In this document: positions 34,589-42,537 of the stretch, in pieces
Layout: each line of letters starts with the position of its first letter
Position numbering within the stretch: position 1 is the stretch's first letter
Assembly: GCA_021810565.1 (NCBI GenBank)
Contig: JAJZIM010000004.1
Span: forward strand, 13,300 to 77,299
DNA length: 64,000 nucleotides
From: Bacillota bacterium
Lineage (GTDB): Bacteria; Bacillota; Sulfobacillia; JAJZIM01
Direction of reading: 5' to 3'
Made by a program: the position numbers and the translations under genes
Notes under the pieces: generated by a model
Databases searched by the model: none
What the model was told of the DNA's origin: nothing
What the model saw: the letters and a program-made list of their open reading frames with translations, nothing else

Positions 34589-34665
34589 TGGTCGGGACGG
34601 CCGGATTTGAACCGGCGACCTCCTGCTCCCAGGGCAGGCGCGCTGGCAAACTGCGCCACGCCCCG
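34589..34665 (-). tRNA. tRNA-Pro-like gene (anticodon UGG) with non-canonical conserved positions
   Basis: Cloverleaf folded by hand: acceptor CGGGGCG/CGTCCCG (one G:U pair), D stem GCGC/GCGC, anticodon stem CCTGC/GCAGG with loop CCTGGGA, T arm GCCGG-TTCAAAT-CCGGC, encoded CCA. Has C instead of U at position 33, and the D loop AGTTTGCCA lacks the GG. Confidence 0.6.
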
Positions 34666-34744
34666 CGCAAGAACCAACAAAAACGCCCCCTCCCCCGGAC
34701 TGGAGAGGAGGCGGGGGCAAGGGAACCGAGTGGGCGGGCCATGC

Positions 34745-34909
34745 TTAATACTTGCCGCAGCCCCCCAGCCACCCATATGGGGCGTCCCGCATGTCGGCGG
34801 CGAGATCGTCGATCCGGTGAGACTTGTTTGTCTTGACCACCTTCGCCGGCTTCTTGGCGACCCTACGGGCGGCGGAGGGTTTGCCCCTTGTTGTTTTTTT
34901 GACTGGCAT
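34745..34909 (-). CDS. small basic protein (54 aa)
   Basis: Not in the ORF track. MPVKKTTRGKPSAARRVAKKPAKVVKTNKSHRIDDLAADMRDAPYGWLGGCGKY. RBS AGGAAAGGAGG upstream. Confidence 0.3.
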   Translation of the reverse strand: MPVKKTTRGKPSAARRVAKKPAKVVKTNKSHRIDDLAADMRDAPYGWLGGCGKY

Positions 34910-34941
34910 GTTTGTCTCCTGGGCCTCCTTTCCTTATGCTT

Positions 34942-34974
34942 CAAAAAAGAGGGCGGTGCTTTGACGCACCGCCC
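34942..34974 (-). terminator. rho-independent terminator
   Basis: GGGCGGTGC/GCACCGCCC stem followed on the minus strand by CTCTTTTTTG. Confidence 0.55.
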
Positions 34975-35016
34975 AGAGTAAGGGGTGGTGGAGTGGACCC
35001 GGATAGGCCTCTCCCC

Positions 35017-35051
35017 AAAAAAAGAATTGCACAGCCCGGAAGGCTGTGCAA
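35017..35051 (-). terminator. rho-independent terminator
   Basis: TTGCACAGCC/GGCTGTGCAA stem followed on the minus strand by TTCTTTTTTT, 9 nt after the stop at 35060. Confidence 0.6.
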
Positions 35052-35059
35052 GTGTTCTT

Positions 35060-36220
35060 CTATTGTCCCGCCGCCGCCCCCCATGCCCGCTGGTCGGCGG
35101 CTGACTGCCGGCCATGCCGGCGGGCCACGTCGGTGTCGCTCCCCATCAGCTCTCCCCAATTCTCCTCCTCGTCTCGGGCGGCGGCTACCTCGCGCTCCAC
35201 GCGCAGCGCCTCGGGGGGTTTGCCCTGCTCCATGCGCAGTGCCCGAGCGTACACCGTCCTGGCCCGCTCGCTGCCCGGGAGTCCGGTCACGTAGGGCAGC
35301 GTCAAGGCCTCGAATACGCGGTCCTGCAGGTAGGGTGGGGTGGACCTTATCATCGCTGCCACTTGGCGCCGTGTAACGGGAGTCAGGGCGGGATCCGTAT
35401 TGGCCCGTTCCAGGAGTTTCACCAGAGCGGTTCGGGCGGCGGCAACCTCATCCGCCACGGCGTCGTCGACCAGTTCCCGGACGGCGGCCAGCTCCCGGCG
35501 GACCTGTACCCACGCCCGCCAGGTGCTGTGTCGTGCCCACACCATCGCCTCGTCCCAGTCCTGCCAGGGGTAGTGCTGCGGCCGGTAGGGGGATTTTTCC
35601 CATACCCCGAAGCACTCCGCCTGGTCCCGGAGATCCCGGATTTCGTCCTTCAGCGGCTTACGGGCCTCTGCCCGCGCCTTGCGATAGGCATCTGCGATGG
35701 CCTCGCACTCCGCGCCATAGGCTCTGGCTAATTTCCGTTGCTCCAGGACTGCCGTACCGGCGGGGCTGCGATGCAGCGCCTTGCGTAGAGCGTTGTACTT
35801 GTCCTCCGGGAGCGGGGCGTCGTCTGCCAGCCCCAGGACCGCCCGGAAGGCATCGATCAGTGGGTCGAACACGTTGCTCGCAATGCGGGCGATCAGATGG
35901 CCCATGCAGCCTTGCCGATCATCCCGCTTGGCGGTGCGCTCCTCCAGTGCCGCAGGGGGCAGATAGCGGTACACATTGCGCACCACGATCCCCAGCACCT
36001 TGGCGATCTCGGTTGGGCCGCAACCCATCTGCCACATGGCAGCCGCCACCTCCCGCCTTTCGGCGGGTGCCAGGGCGGGAGCCTGCGCCCCTTCCATTTT
36101 TTGTGTGAGAACTTGTCCGGTTTTTGCTGGGTTTGACCCCCTGGGCACACCCATGCCCGGGATCTGCCCCTTGGGGGGCTGCTCCTGGGCTGCGCGGATC
36201 GGGCTGCCTCCTGCGGCCAC
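35060..36220 (-). CDS. hypothetical protein with an N-terminal HTH
   Basis: MGCGPTEIAKVLGIVVRNVYRYL is a resolvase-type HTH. The rest is helical with no recognised family. Start uncertain (GTG 36220 after AAGGAG, or ATG 36097). Confidence 0.5.
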   Translation of the reverse strand: MAAGGSPIRAAQEQPPKGQIPGMGVPRGSNPAKTGQVLTQKMEGAQAPALAPAERREVAAAMWQMGCGPTEIAKVLGIVVRNVYRYLPPAALEERTAKRDDRQGCMGHLIARIASNVFDPLIDAFRAVLGLADDAPLPEDKYNALRKALHRSPAGTAVLEQRKLARAYGAECEAIADAYRKARAEARKPLKDEIRDLRDQAECFGVWEKSPYRPQHYPWQDWDEAMVWARHSTWRAWVQVRRELAAVRELVDDAVADEVAAARTALVKLLERANTDPALTPVTRRQVAAMIRSTPPYLQDRVFEALTLPYVTGLPGSERARTVYARALRMEQGKPPEALRVEREVAAARDEEENWGELMGSDTDVARRHGRQSAADQRAWGAAAGQ

Positions 36221-36285
36221 GTCCACCACTCCTTATGCGGATCTCTTTTGCCGGCTTCTTGCGGCCGGTCTGTCTCTATCGGGGG

Positions 36286-36618
36286 TCAGCCTTCCTGGGC
36301 CAAGGACGTGGCCGACAGCCACTCCGCCAACTGCCTGCGGGAGATCCGCACCCCCCGCAGTCCCTCCACCCGGTGCGCCGGCAGCATCCCGCGGTTGATT
36401 AGCTGGTAGATGGTCTCCCGGGACCGGCCGACAATTTCCGCAGCCTCGTTCACCGTCAGGAGGCGGTCCTCCCCGTCGGCGAAGTTCTGCGCGGCCAGCC
36501 GGTCGGTGAGCAGTTCCATTGCCGCCGCCAGCCGCTCCAGGGCCCCGGCCTGGCGCTCCATCAGGCGTAGGACGGCGGGGTCGGTGTGGGTTGGCATTGG
36601 GATCGGTGAACGGTTCAC
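36286..36618 (-). CDS. excisionase-family (MerR-like HTH) DNA-binding protein
   Basis: LLTVNEAAEIVGRSRETIYQLINRGMLPAHRV. Confidence 0.7.
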   Translation of the reverse strand: MNRSPIPMPTHTDPAVLRLMERQAGALERLAAAMELLTDRLAAQNFADGEDRLLTVNEAAEIVGRSRETIYQLINRGMLPAHRVEGLRGVRISRRQLAEWLSATSLAQEG

Positions 36619-36851
36619 GGCGGGGGGCCTCCTTTCTCGCCCAGGAACAGTTCCTCGATGGTTCCGCCAAAGATCCGCGCTATGGTCGCCGCAGTCTTGA
36701 AATTCGGCTCACGCCTGCCACCTTCCCAGTCGGCATAGGTGGCTTTGGGGACGCCCAGCAACTGCGCCACTTGGTCCTGAGACCAGTTCCTAGCAAGCCG
36801 CGCTCGGGCCAGGGGCGTGTTCTTGCGGCTGTAGGGGTGGAGCCGTGCCAT
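36615..36851 (-). CDS. XRE-family HTH protein (Cro-like)
   Basis: RARLARNWSQDQVAQLLGVPKATYADWEGGRREP. Divergent from the cI-like gene. Confidence 0.8.
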   Translation of the reverse strand: MARLHPYSRKNTPLARARLARNWSQDQVAQLLGVPKATYADWEGGRREPNFKTAATIARIFGGTIEELFLGEKGGPPP

Positions 36852-36981
36852 GGCCGACCCTCCTTGATCTTGGTTTCAGTATAGTAGGTGTATCGCCTAC
36901 TGTCAATAGGTCTGTTGGGAATTCTCCTTGCTTGTTGTTTAATCGGCAAACTGCCGATATAATAGGCCCGAGGTGATCAGG
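36852..36981. promoter_or_regulatory. divergent promoter/operator region of the genetic switch
   Basis: AT-richer intergenic region with palindromes AGTAGG-N7-CCTACT (36883-36901) and ATCGGCA-N3-TGCCGAT (36942-36958), and a TATAAT about 20 nt before ATG 36982. Confidence 0.5.
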
Positions 36982-37638
36982 ATGAATTTGGGGGCGAGGC
37001 TGCGCCAGTTGAGAACTGGCCAGGGTCTCACGCTTCGCCAAGTGGGTGAGGCGCTTAAATTACATTACACAACGATTGCTGGTTATGAAGATAATTCCAA
37101 TAAACCCGCTCCAGAAATCCTTTGTAGCCTCGCAGACCTATACCAAGTCTCCGTGGACTACCTCCTCGGCCGTACAGAGATCCCCCAGCCCTACCTGAAG
37201 GAGAACCCCATGGAGCAGATGTCCAAGCTCATCGAGGAGGGCACACGGCGCGCCATGACCGCAGCGGAGGAGACCGCCTCCAAGGCCGTCCAGGAGACGA
37301 TCCGCCGGGCCTTCACGTCGGCCCTGGGGGGGTTCGGAGCGCCGTCCGAAGGCAAAGAAGACCAGCCACCGGTGGCCGCGGGTCCGTCAGCCCCCTCCGA
37401 CACCCCGGAGACCTCGCCACCCGGCCTGGTCGCCGAAGCGCCCCCGGCCGCCGCCCCCCTAGACGTGGACGAGTTGGGCATCGACCGGCTGGCGGCGAGC
37501 ATGGAGGCGGAGTACGGTCGCCAGCCGTCCCCCGAACTGGTGGACTTCATCCGCAAGACGGTGGTGGAGGTGCGGGAGAAACACGACGAGGCCGTCAGGA
37601 AGGGCTTGTGGCCCCCGAAGACGGCTCCTGATAACTGA
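36982..37638 (+). CDS. XRE-family repressor (cI/ImmR-like)
   Basis: LRQLRTGQGLTLRQVGEALKLHYTTIAGYEDNSNKP. ATG 36982 after GAGGTGAT. Confidence 0.8.
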   Translation: MNLGARLRQLRTGQGLTLRQVGEALKLHYTTIAGYEDNSNKPAPEILCSLADLYQVSVDYLLGRTEIPQPYLKENPMEQMSKLIEEGTRRAMTAAEETASKAVQETIRRAFTSALGGFGAPSEGKEDQPPVAAGPSAPSDTPETSPPGLVAEAPPAAAPLDVDELGIDRLAASMEAEYGRQPSPELVDFIRKTVVEVREKHDEAVRKGLWPPKTAPDN

Positions 37639-37669
37639 GCAGCAAGAAGAGAGGACCCAGGGAGGGGCG

Positions 37670-38146
37670 ATGGTGACGATGGACCAATGGGCCCGGCTCA
37701 TGCGTGTCGTGGACAGGGAAGGGATTTGGCTGGAGGAACGATGTCTCCCCCCGACGCGGGAGGGGATACGAGGGTGCTACTACCACGACTGGCGGTGGGG
37801 CCTGGATGTTGTGGTGCTGGACAAGACCCTGCGGGGTCCGGAGCGCAACTGCGTCCTGGCGGAGGAGCTCGGCCACCACTTCACGGCGCCCCGGGCCCAG
37901 TTCACCGGCCCCCGGTTCTGCACCGGGGTTGTGCTGGGGGCGGAGGGCTACCACTGGCACAATGTTTCCAAGGACGAGGCCCGCGCGTTCCGCTGGGCGG
38001 CCAACTTCCTGACCCCCGCCGGGCTGGTCCTGGATAGGATGCGTCACCTTCGCTGGGACTGGCAGTTGGCCGAAGAGTTCGACGTTCCGTTGCCGTTCAT
38101 GCGGCGGCGGATGATGGTCTTGCGGGGGATGTGCGGGTATTGTTAG
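37670..38146 (+). CDS. ImmA/IrrE-family metallopeptidase-like protein
   Basis: Lies directly downstream of the XRE repressor. Motif region NCVLAEELGHHF reads EELGH where HExxH is expected. Confidence 0.65.
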   Translation: MVTMDQWARLMRVVDREGIWLEERCLPPTREGIRGCYYHDWRWGLDVVVLDKTLRGPERNCVLAEELGHHFTAPRAQFTGPRFCTGVVLGAEGYHWHNVSKDEARAFRWAANFLTPAGLVLDRMRHLRWDWQLAEEFDVPLPFMRRRMMVLRGMCGYC

Positions 38147-38318
38147 GGAAACCAAGTGAAATAACTGGGAGGGATGAACATCATGTACCGCATACGGATT
38201 ACATGTGACAGCATCGGTCTTCGCGGCCCGTATTGGGAACAGACCCTCATCAATCAGTTGTAAACCACCATTCATAGTACTCCTAATATTAGTCTTGGAC
38301 AGCCTTCTGTTTCCATGA

Positions 38319-39182
38319 GCCAAATCGCTCAGGGGTCCTTTTTCTCCTTGCGGTCGCACCTTTTTGGTTGATGAGCCTCATGTGTTTCTGCATCCAGCAG
38401 CGGAGCGGCAATTAAGTAGCTTTATTAGGGAGCACTCCGAGCATTCATATATAATCGCCACACACTCCCCGTTGCTTATTAACACCTTAGATCCCGTGTG
38501 GTTATGGCTTGTGTCCAGGGATGAGCGCGGCACATTAATTCGCCCGATTTATCAATCTATACAGGGTCGGCAATTATTGTTCTCTGAACTCGGCATAAAG
38601 TCCGGAGAGGTCGCAATAGCAGACAGGATACTATTTGTGGAGGATGATAGTGACTGTGATATTTACAAAATATTGTTGGGTAAACTCGGTTATGACGAAA
38701 ATAGGTATAATTATCATGCAATAGGCCTCACGGGGGCTGGCGTAACAAAACCATTTCGTCAAATAGTGAGCGCTCTTAATACGGTTTTCAATATAAAGCA
38801 TTTATTTTTCCTAGATGGAGATCAACGCGGCAATTTTCTTCAAGATCCCTGTATCCGGTTCCTTCCGGAACCTGAAATTGAAGACCTTCTGCTGCGTGAC
38901 ATGGATGCGGTTTGCCCCATATTTAAGGATGCCATAATGGCTCAGGCCCCCGATAATGGTAATGACACAATTGCTGACTGGACACCCGAGAAAATTAAGC
39001 AGTTTGTCGAACAGCGCAGAAAAGAAAAACCGCAGGACAAAGGGTCAAAAATACTCATTGATCTTACCCATGCTATTGGTATTCAGTATCACAAGGGCCG
39101 CTTCAACAAAGATATTGCGCAACTTCTGGGGGTAGAATTTATCGCGGATTTGGCGGCTGAATTTAAGGATTTTTGTCGATAA
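38319..39182 (+). pseudogene. 5'-truncated ABC-type ATPase/Toprim nuclease (OLD-family or fused PARIS-like) remnant
   Basis: Walker B LVDEPHVFLHP, signature IIATHSPLLI, Toprim/DUF4435-like RILFVEDDSDCDIYKILL. There is no Walker A: only ~220 nt separate it from the preceding gene, and the frame opens right after a stop at about 38316. Low GC. Confidence 0.6.
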
Positions 39183-39211
39183 GTAATCAATACTGTGGAG
39201 GTGGGGGTAGT

Positions 39212-40930
39212 ATGCCAAGTGATGCCGAGTGGAAAAACAAATTATTCTTTGGGGACAACCTTGACATCCTTCGGGACCGGGAGAAGTTCCCGGACGGAAG
39301 CGTAGATCTCGTTTACCTTGACCCACCGTTCAATTCCAATGCAACCTATAATGTGCTCTTCCGAGAACACGGTGGTGAGCCTTCCGCCGCCCAGATTGCT
39401 GTTTTCGAGGATACCTGGCACTGGTGCGAGGAATCCGCTCGACTTTATCACGAGATGGTTACTGATGGCCCTCCGCATTTGTCCCGGATGTTGGATGGGC
39501 TGTACCGAGTGCTTGGCACTAGCGACATGATGGCCTATCTGGCCATGATGTCTCCAAGGTTACTGGAATTGCACCGGGTACTCAAGTCAACCGGTAGTTT
39601 ATATTTGCATTGCGATCCTGTAGCCAGTCATTACTTAAAGTTAGTTTTAGATGCCATATTTGGGCCCACGCATTTTAGGAATGAAATTATTTGGCAACGT
39701 ACTGGTTCGCATAATTCAGCAAATAGGTGCGGTCCCATTCATGACGTTCTTTTGTTTTACACAAAAGGTGCTGATAACACATGGAATCCTCAGTACCAGG
39801 CGTATGATCCTCTGTATATTGAGCAACACTTCAGGTTGGCGGATTCTAACGGGCGTCGTTGGCGCGATGTGCTTCTTACCGGGCCGGGTATTACTCCTCA
39901 GGGAGATTCCGGAAAGCCATGGAGAGGAGTAAACCCCACCGAAAAAGGAAGGCATTGGGCAATACCCCATAGATTATTGCCGCCAGGCCGAGATTTTGCT
40001 TCGATACAAGGCGCACTGGATTTTCTAGATGATGCCGGCCGCATCTATTGGTCTAGTGGGGGCCAACCTTATTACAAGCAATATCTTGACGAAATGCCCG
40101 GCCAACCGCTGCAGGATATCTGGACCGATATTCCGCCGTTAAATTCCCAGGCACAGGAACGCCTTGGTTACCCGACTCAGAAGCCCGAGGCACTTCTGGA
40201 TCGGATCATCCTCTCCAGCAGCAACGAGGGGGATGTGGTGCTGGATCCGTTCTGCGGTTGCGGAACCACAATCGCCGTAGCCGAGCGCAGACATCGACGT
40301 TGGATAGGCATAGACATCACCTACCTGGCCATCACCCTTATCCGGCAGCGGATGGAGACCGCGTTCGGAACGGAGTTGACGCCCTACGAAATCAAGGGGA
40401 GGCCTACGACACCCAGCGAGGCGAGGGACCTGGCTGCGCTGAACCGGCACCAGTTCGAGTGGTGGGCCTTGGATCTCGTGGATGCCCATCCTGCACATGA
40501 TCGCCGTCGGGGAGCGGATCGCGGGATTGATGGGGAAATTCGCTATGTGGAAGACCTGAATACCAATCGGATAGGGAGGGTGCTGGTCCAGGTCAAGAGT
40601 GGGCATGTCTCAGACAGTATGGTCCGCGATCTTTTGGGAACGGTCCAGCGGGAAAGTGCACAGATCGGAGTGTTCATCACTTTGGAGCCACCCACCCGGC
40701 CCATGATACGAACTGCCGCCGAAGCCGGATTTTATGAGGTAGGTATAGGCACCAGCCGGGTCAAGCGATACCCCCGCATTCAGATCCGCACCATAGAAGA
40801 GCTGATGGCCGGCCAGAGAATTGAGTACCCGCGTGAAACGGTCGTGACTTTCCAGCGCGCCCCGCGCCGCACCCGCGCCCAAAGGCCGTCTCAAACTACT
40901 TTGGGATTTACCGATCGGGGGGATCAATAA
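39212..40930 (+). CDS. N6A/N4C DNA methyltransferase fused to a C-terminal Mrr-like restriction endonuclease domain
   Basis: DLVYLDPPFNSNATYN (DPPF), VVLDPFCGCGTTIAVAE (FxGxG), C-terminal RGIDGEIRY...VLVQVKSGH (D...QxK). ATG 39212 after GGAGGTGGGGG. Low GC. Confidence 0.85.
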   Translation: MPSDAEWKNKLFFGDNLDILRDREKFPDGSVDLVYLDPPFNSNATYNVLFREHGGEPSAAQIAVFEDTWHWCEESARLYHEMVTDGPPHLSRMLDGLYRVLGTSDMMAYLAMMSPRLLELHRVLKSTGSLYLHCDPVASHYLKLVLDAIFGPTHFRNEIIWQRTGSHNSANRCGPIHDVLLFYTKGADNTWNPQYQAYDPLYIEQHFRLADSNGRRWRDVLLTGPGITPQGDSGKPWRGVNPTEKGRHWAIPHRLLPPGRDFASIQGALDFLDDAGRIYWSSGGQPYYKQYLDEMPGQPLQDIWTDIPPLNSQAQERLGYPTQKPEALLDRIILSSSNEGDVVLDPFCGCGTTIAVAERRHRRWIGIDITYLAITLIRQRMETAFGTELTPYEIKGRPTTPSEARDLAALNRHQFEWWALDLVDAHPAHDRRRGADRGIDGEIRYVEDLNTNRIGRVLVQVKSGHVSDSMVRDLLGTVQRESAQIGVFITLEPPTRPMIRTAAEAGFYEVGIGTSRVKRYPRIQIRTIEELMAGQRIEYPRETVVTFQRAPRRTRAQRPSQTTLGFTDRGDQ

Positions 40931-42129
40931 TGCCCAAGCGCCGCGGCCACGGCGAGGGGTCCATCTACGAGCGCAAGGACGGGCGCTGGTGCGCCGCCGT
41001 GACGGTTGGGCGGAATGCCGGCGGGCGGCTGAAGCGGCGGTACCTGTACGGCGCCACGCGGCGGGAGGTCCAGCAGGCGCTGACCAAGCTTCTTGGGGAG
41101 CGGCAACGCGGCGCCCTCGTTGATCCGTCCCGTGAGACGGTGGAAGCCTTCCTGGAGCGGTGGTTACGGGATTACGCCGCCCACAACGTGCGGCCCGCGA
41201 CATTCCAATGTTACCGGTATGCAGCCAAACGCATAGTCAGGATCCTGGGCCACGTGAGGCTGTCCGCCTTGCGGCCCGCCATGATCCAGGCATTCTACAG
41301 CCAGGAGCTGGCGGAGGTGTCTTCGCAGACGGTGCGCCATTCCCACACCGTGCTGCACGAGGCCCTGGGCCATGCGGTGCGCTGGGGGCTCTTGATGGCC
41401 AACCCGGCGGACGCCGTGGCAGCCCCCAGGGTGCAGCGGGGGCCGGTGACGGCGTGGACAGCCGAGCAGGCAGCCAGGTTCCTGGAAGCCGCCAAGGAGG
41501 ATCGTTTCCACGTGGCATATGTGCTCTCGATGTACCTGGGGCTCGGTCGGGGAGAGGTGCTGGGCCTGAAGTGGTCCGACCTGGATCTGGAGCGGGGCGC
41601 CATGGCGGTGCGGCGCCAGGTGTGCATGGTGGGTGGCAAGGTTTCCGTGGAACCCACCAAGACGAAGGGGCGGCAGCGGCCCCTGGAGCTGGACGCGGAG
41701 CTTGTCGCCGCGCTAAAAAGACATCGGGCGGCCCAGAACGAGGAGCGGTTGCGGTTGGGAGCGGCATGGCAAGATGAGGACTGGGTCTTCCCCAGCCAGT
41801 TGGGGGGGGCAATGGATCCGCAGCGGTTTTACCGCCTGCACTTCAAAGCGGCGGTGGAACGTGCCGGCTTGACGCTGCCGGGTCGACTGGGCTACCATGC
41901 GGCCATGCGGCACACCTTCGCCTCCCTGTCGCTGCAGGCCGGTGTTCCGGTGAACACGGTCAGCGCGGGGCTGGGGCACACCACGTCCCGCATGACCCTG
42001 GACACGTACTCGCACCTGATGCCCGGGATGCAACGCGAGGCCACGCGGAGGATCCGGGAGGCCCTGGCCGGCGCCGATCGGAAACCGAAACCCGGTTCCC
42101 AAGCCCGCGAGAAAATCCCCCGGCAATGA
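40930..42129 (+). CDS. int: tyrosine site-specific integrase
   Basis: SAM-like N-domain. Catalytic region MRHTFASLSL and LGHTTSRMTLDTYSHL. Confidence 0.9.
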   Translation: MPKRRGHGEGSIYERKDGRWCAAVTVGRNAGGRLKRRYLYGATRREVQQALTKLLGERQRGALVDPSRETVEAFLERWLRDYAAHNVRPATFQCYRYAAKRIVRILGHVRLSALRPAMIQAFYSQELAEVSSQTVRHSHTVLHEALGHAVRWGLLMANPADAVAAPRVQRGPVTAWTAEQAARFLEAAKEDRFHVAYVLSMYLGLGRGEVLGLKWSDLDLERGAMAVRRQVCMVGGKVSVEPTKTKGRQRPLELDAELVAALKRHRAAQNEERLRLGAAWQDEDWVFPSQLGGAMDPQRFYRLHFKAAVERAGLTLPGRLGYHAAMRHTFASLSLQAGVPVNTVSAGLGHTTSRMTLDTYSHLMPGMQREATRRIREALAGADRKPKPGSQAREKIPRQ

Positions 42130-42189
42130 GCCGGGGGATTTCTGATTGCTGTCGTTTTGCTGTCAAGGGCGTTAACGCCGGACAATTAT

Positions 42190-42221
42190 CAGAAAATAGA
42201 AAGCCGCAAACCCTTGCGGCT
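42190..42221. terminator. hairpin terminator between the integrase and tRNA-Val
   Basis: AGCCGCAA/TTGCGGCT stem. The minus strand follows it with TTCTATTTTCTG. It could serve the tRNA, and weakly the integrase. Confidence 0.45.
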
Positions 42222-42233
42222 CTAAGCTTTCCT

Positions 42234-42308
42234 TGGTGGGCGAAGCAGGTGTCGAACCTGCCACCTCTCGCTTGTAAGGCGAGCGCTCTCCCGCTGAGCT
42301 ATTCGCCC
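42234..42308 (-). tRNA. tRNA-Val (anticodon TAC)
   Basis: GGGCGAATAGCTCAGCGGGAGAGCGCTCGCCTTACAAGCGAGAGGTGGCAGGTTCGACACCTGCTTCGCCCACCA. Perfect acceptor stem, loop CTTACAA, encoded CCA. Confidence 0.9.
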
Positions 42309-42537
42309 GTGCCTGCCTTTGCAGTATACCATGCCTCGCCGACGGGGGGCAACGGGCGGCGACTGCCCTCACGGTGCCCCCGCCCGCAGGACCAGCGCCG
42401 GATGATGCAGCAGTTCCAACAGCAAGAACAAGCACAGCAGATACACGGTGAGCCGCTTCACGGGAGGGCACCTCCCCTCCCCACCCTATGCGCCGGACCG
42501 CCACGGCATGCCCAGCCGCTGGGGCCTCTCTTCTTCC

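Larger units (their letters stand above)
1..42233. mobile_element. integrated mobile genetic element, right-hand ~42 kb (left end outside window), inserted next to tRNA-Val
   Basis: Tyrosine integrase next to the 3' end of tRNA-Val. Xis/Cro/cI-like/ImmA switch, own replication genes and origin-like region, secretion/pilus module, lower-GC accessory islets. Gene content changes to housekeeping respiration/transport genes right of 42.3 kb. Confidence 0.7.

Noticed and set aside
34589-34760. tRNA-Pro-like gene as an att site separating two tandem elements
   Set aside because: The tRNA-like gene is full length rather than a 3' fragment. I found no convincing repeat of the tRNA-Val 3' segment next to it (about 10 of 20 matches at best), and GC and gene orientation continue across it. 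It cannot be excluded without the left end of the element.
42330-42460. 31-codon minus-strand ORF (VKRLTVYLLCLFLLLELLHHPALVLRAGAP) with a G-rich RBS upstream of tRNA-Val
   Set aside because: Too short and without supporting context. It could be chance in a promoter region.
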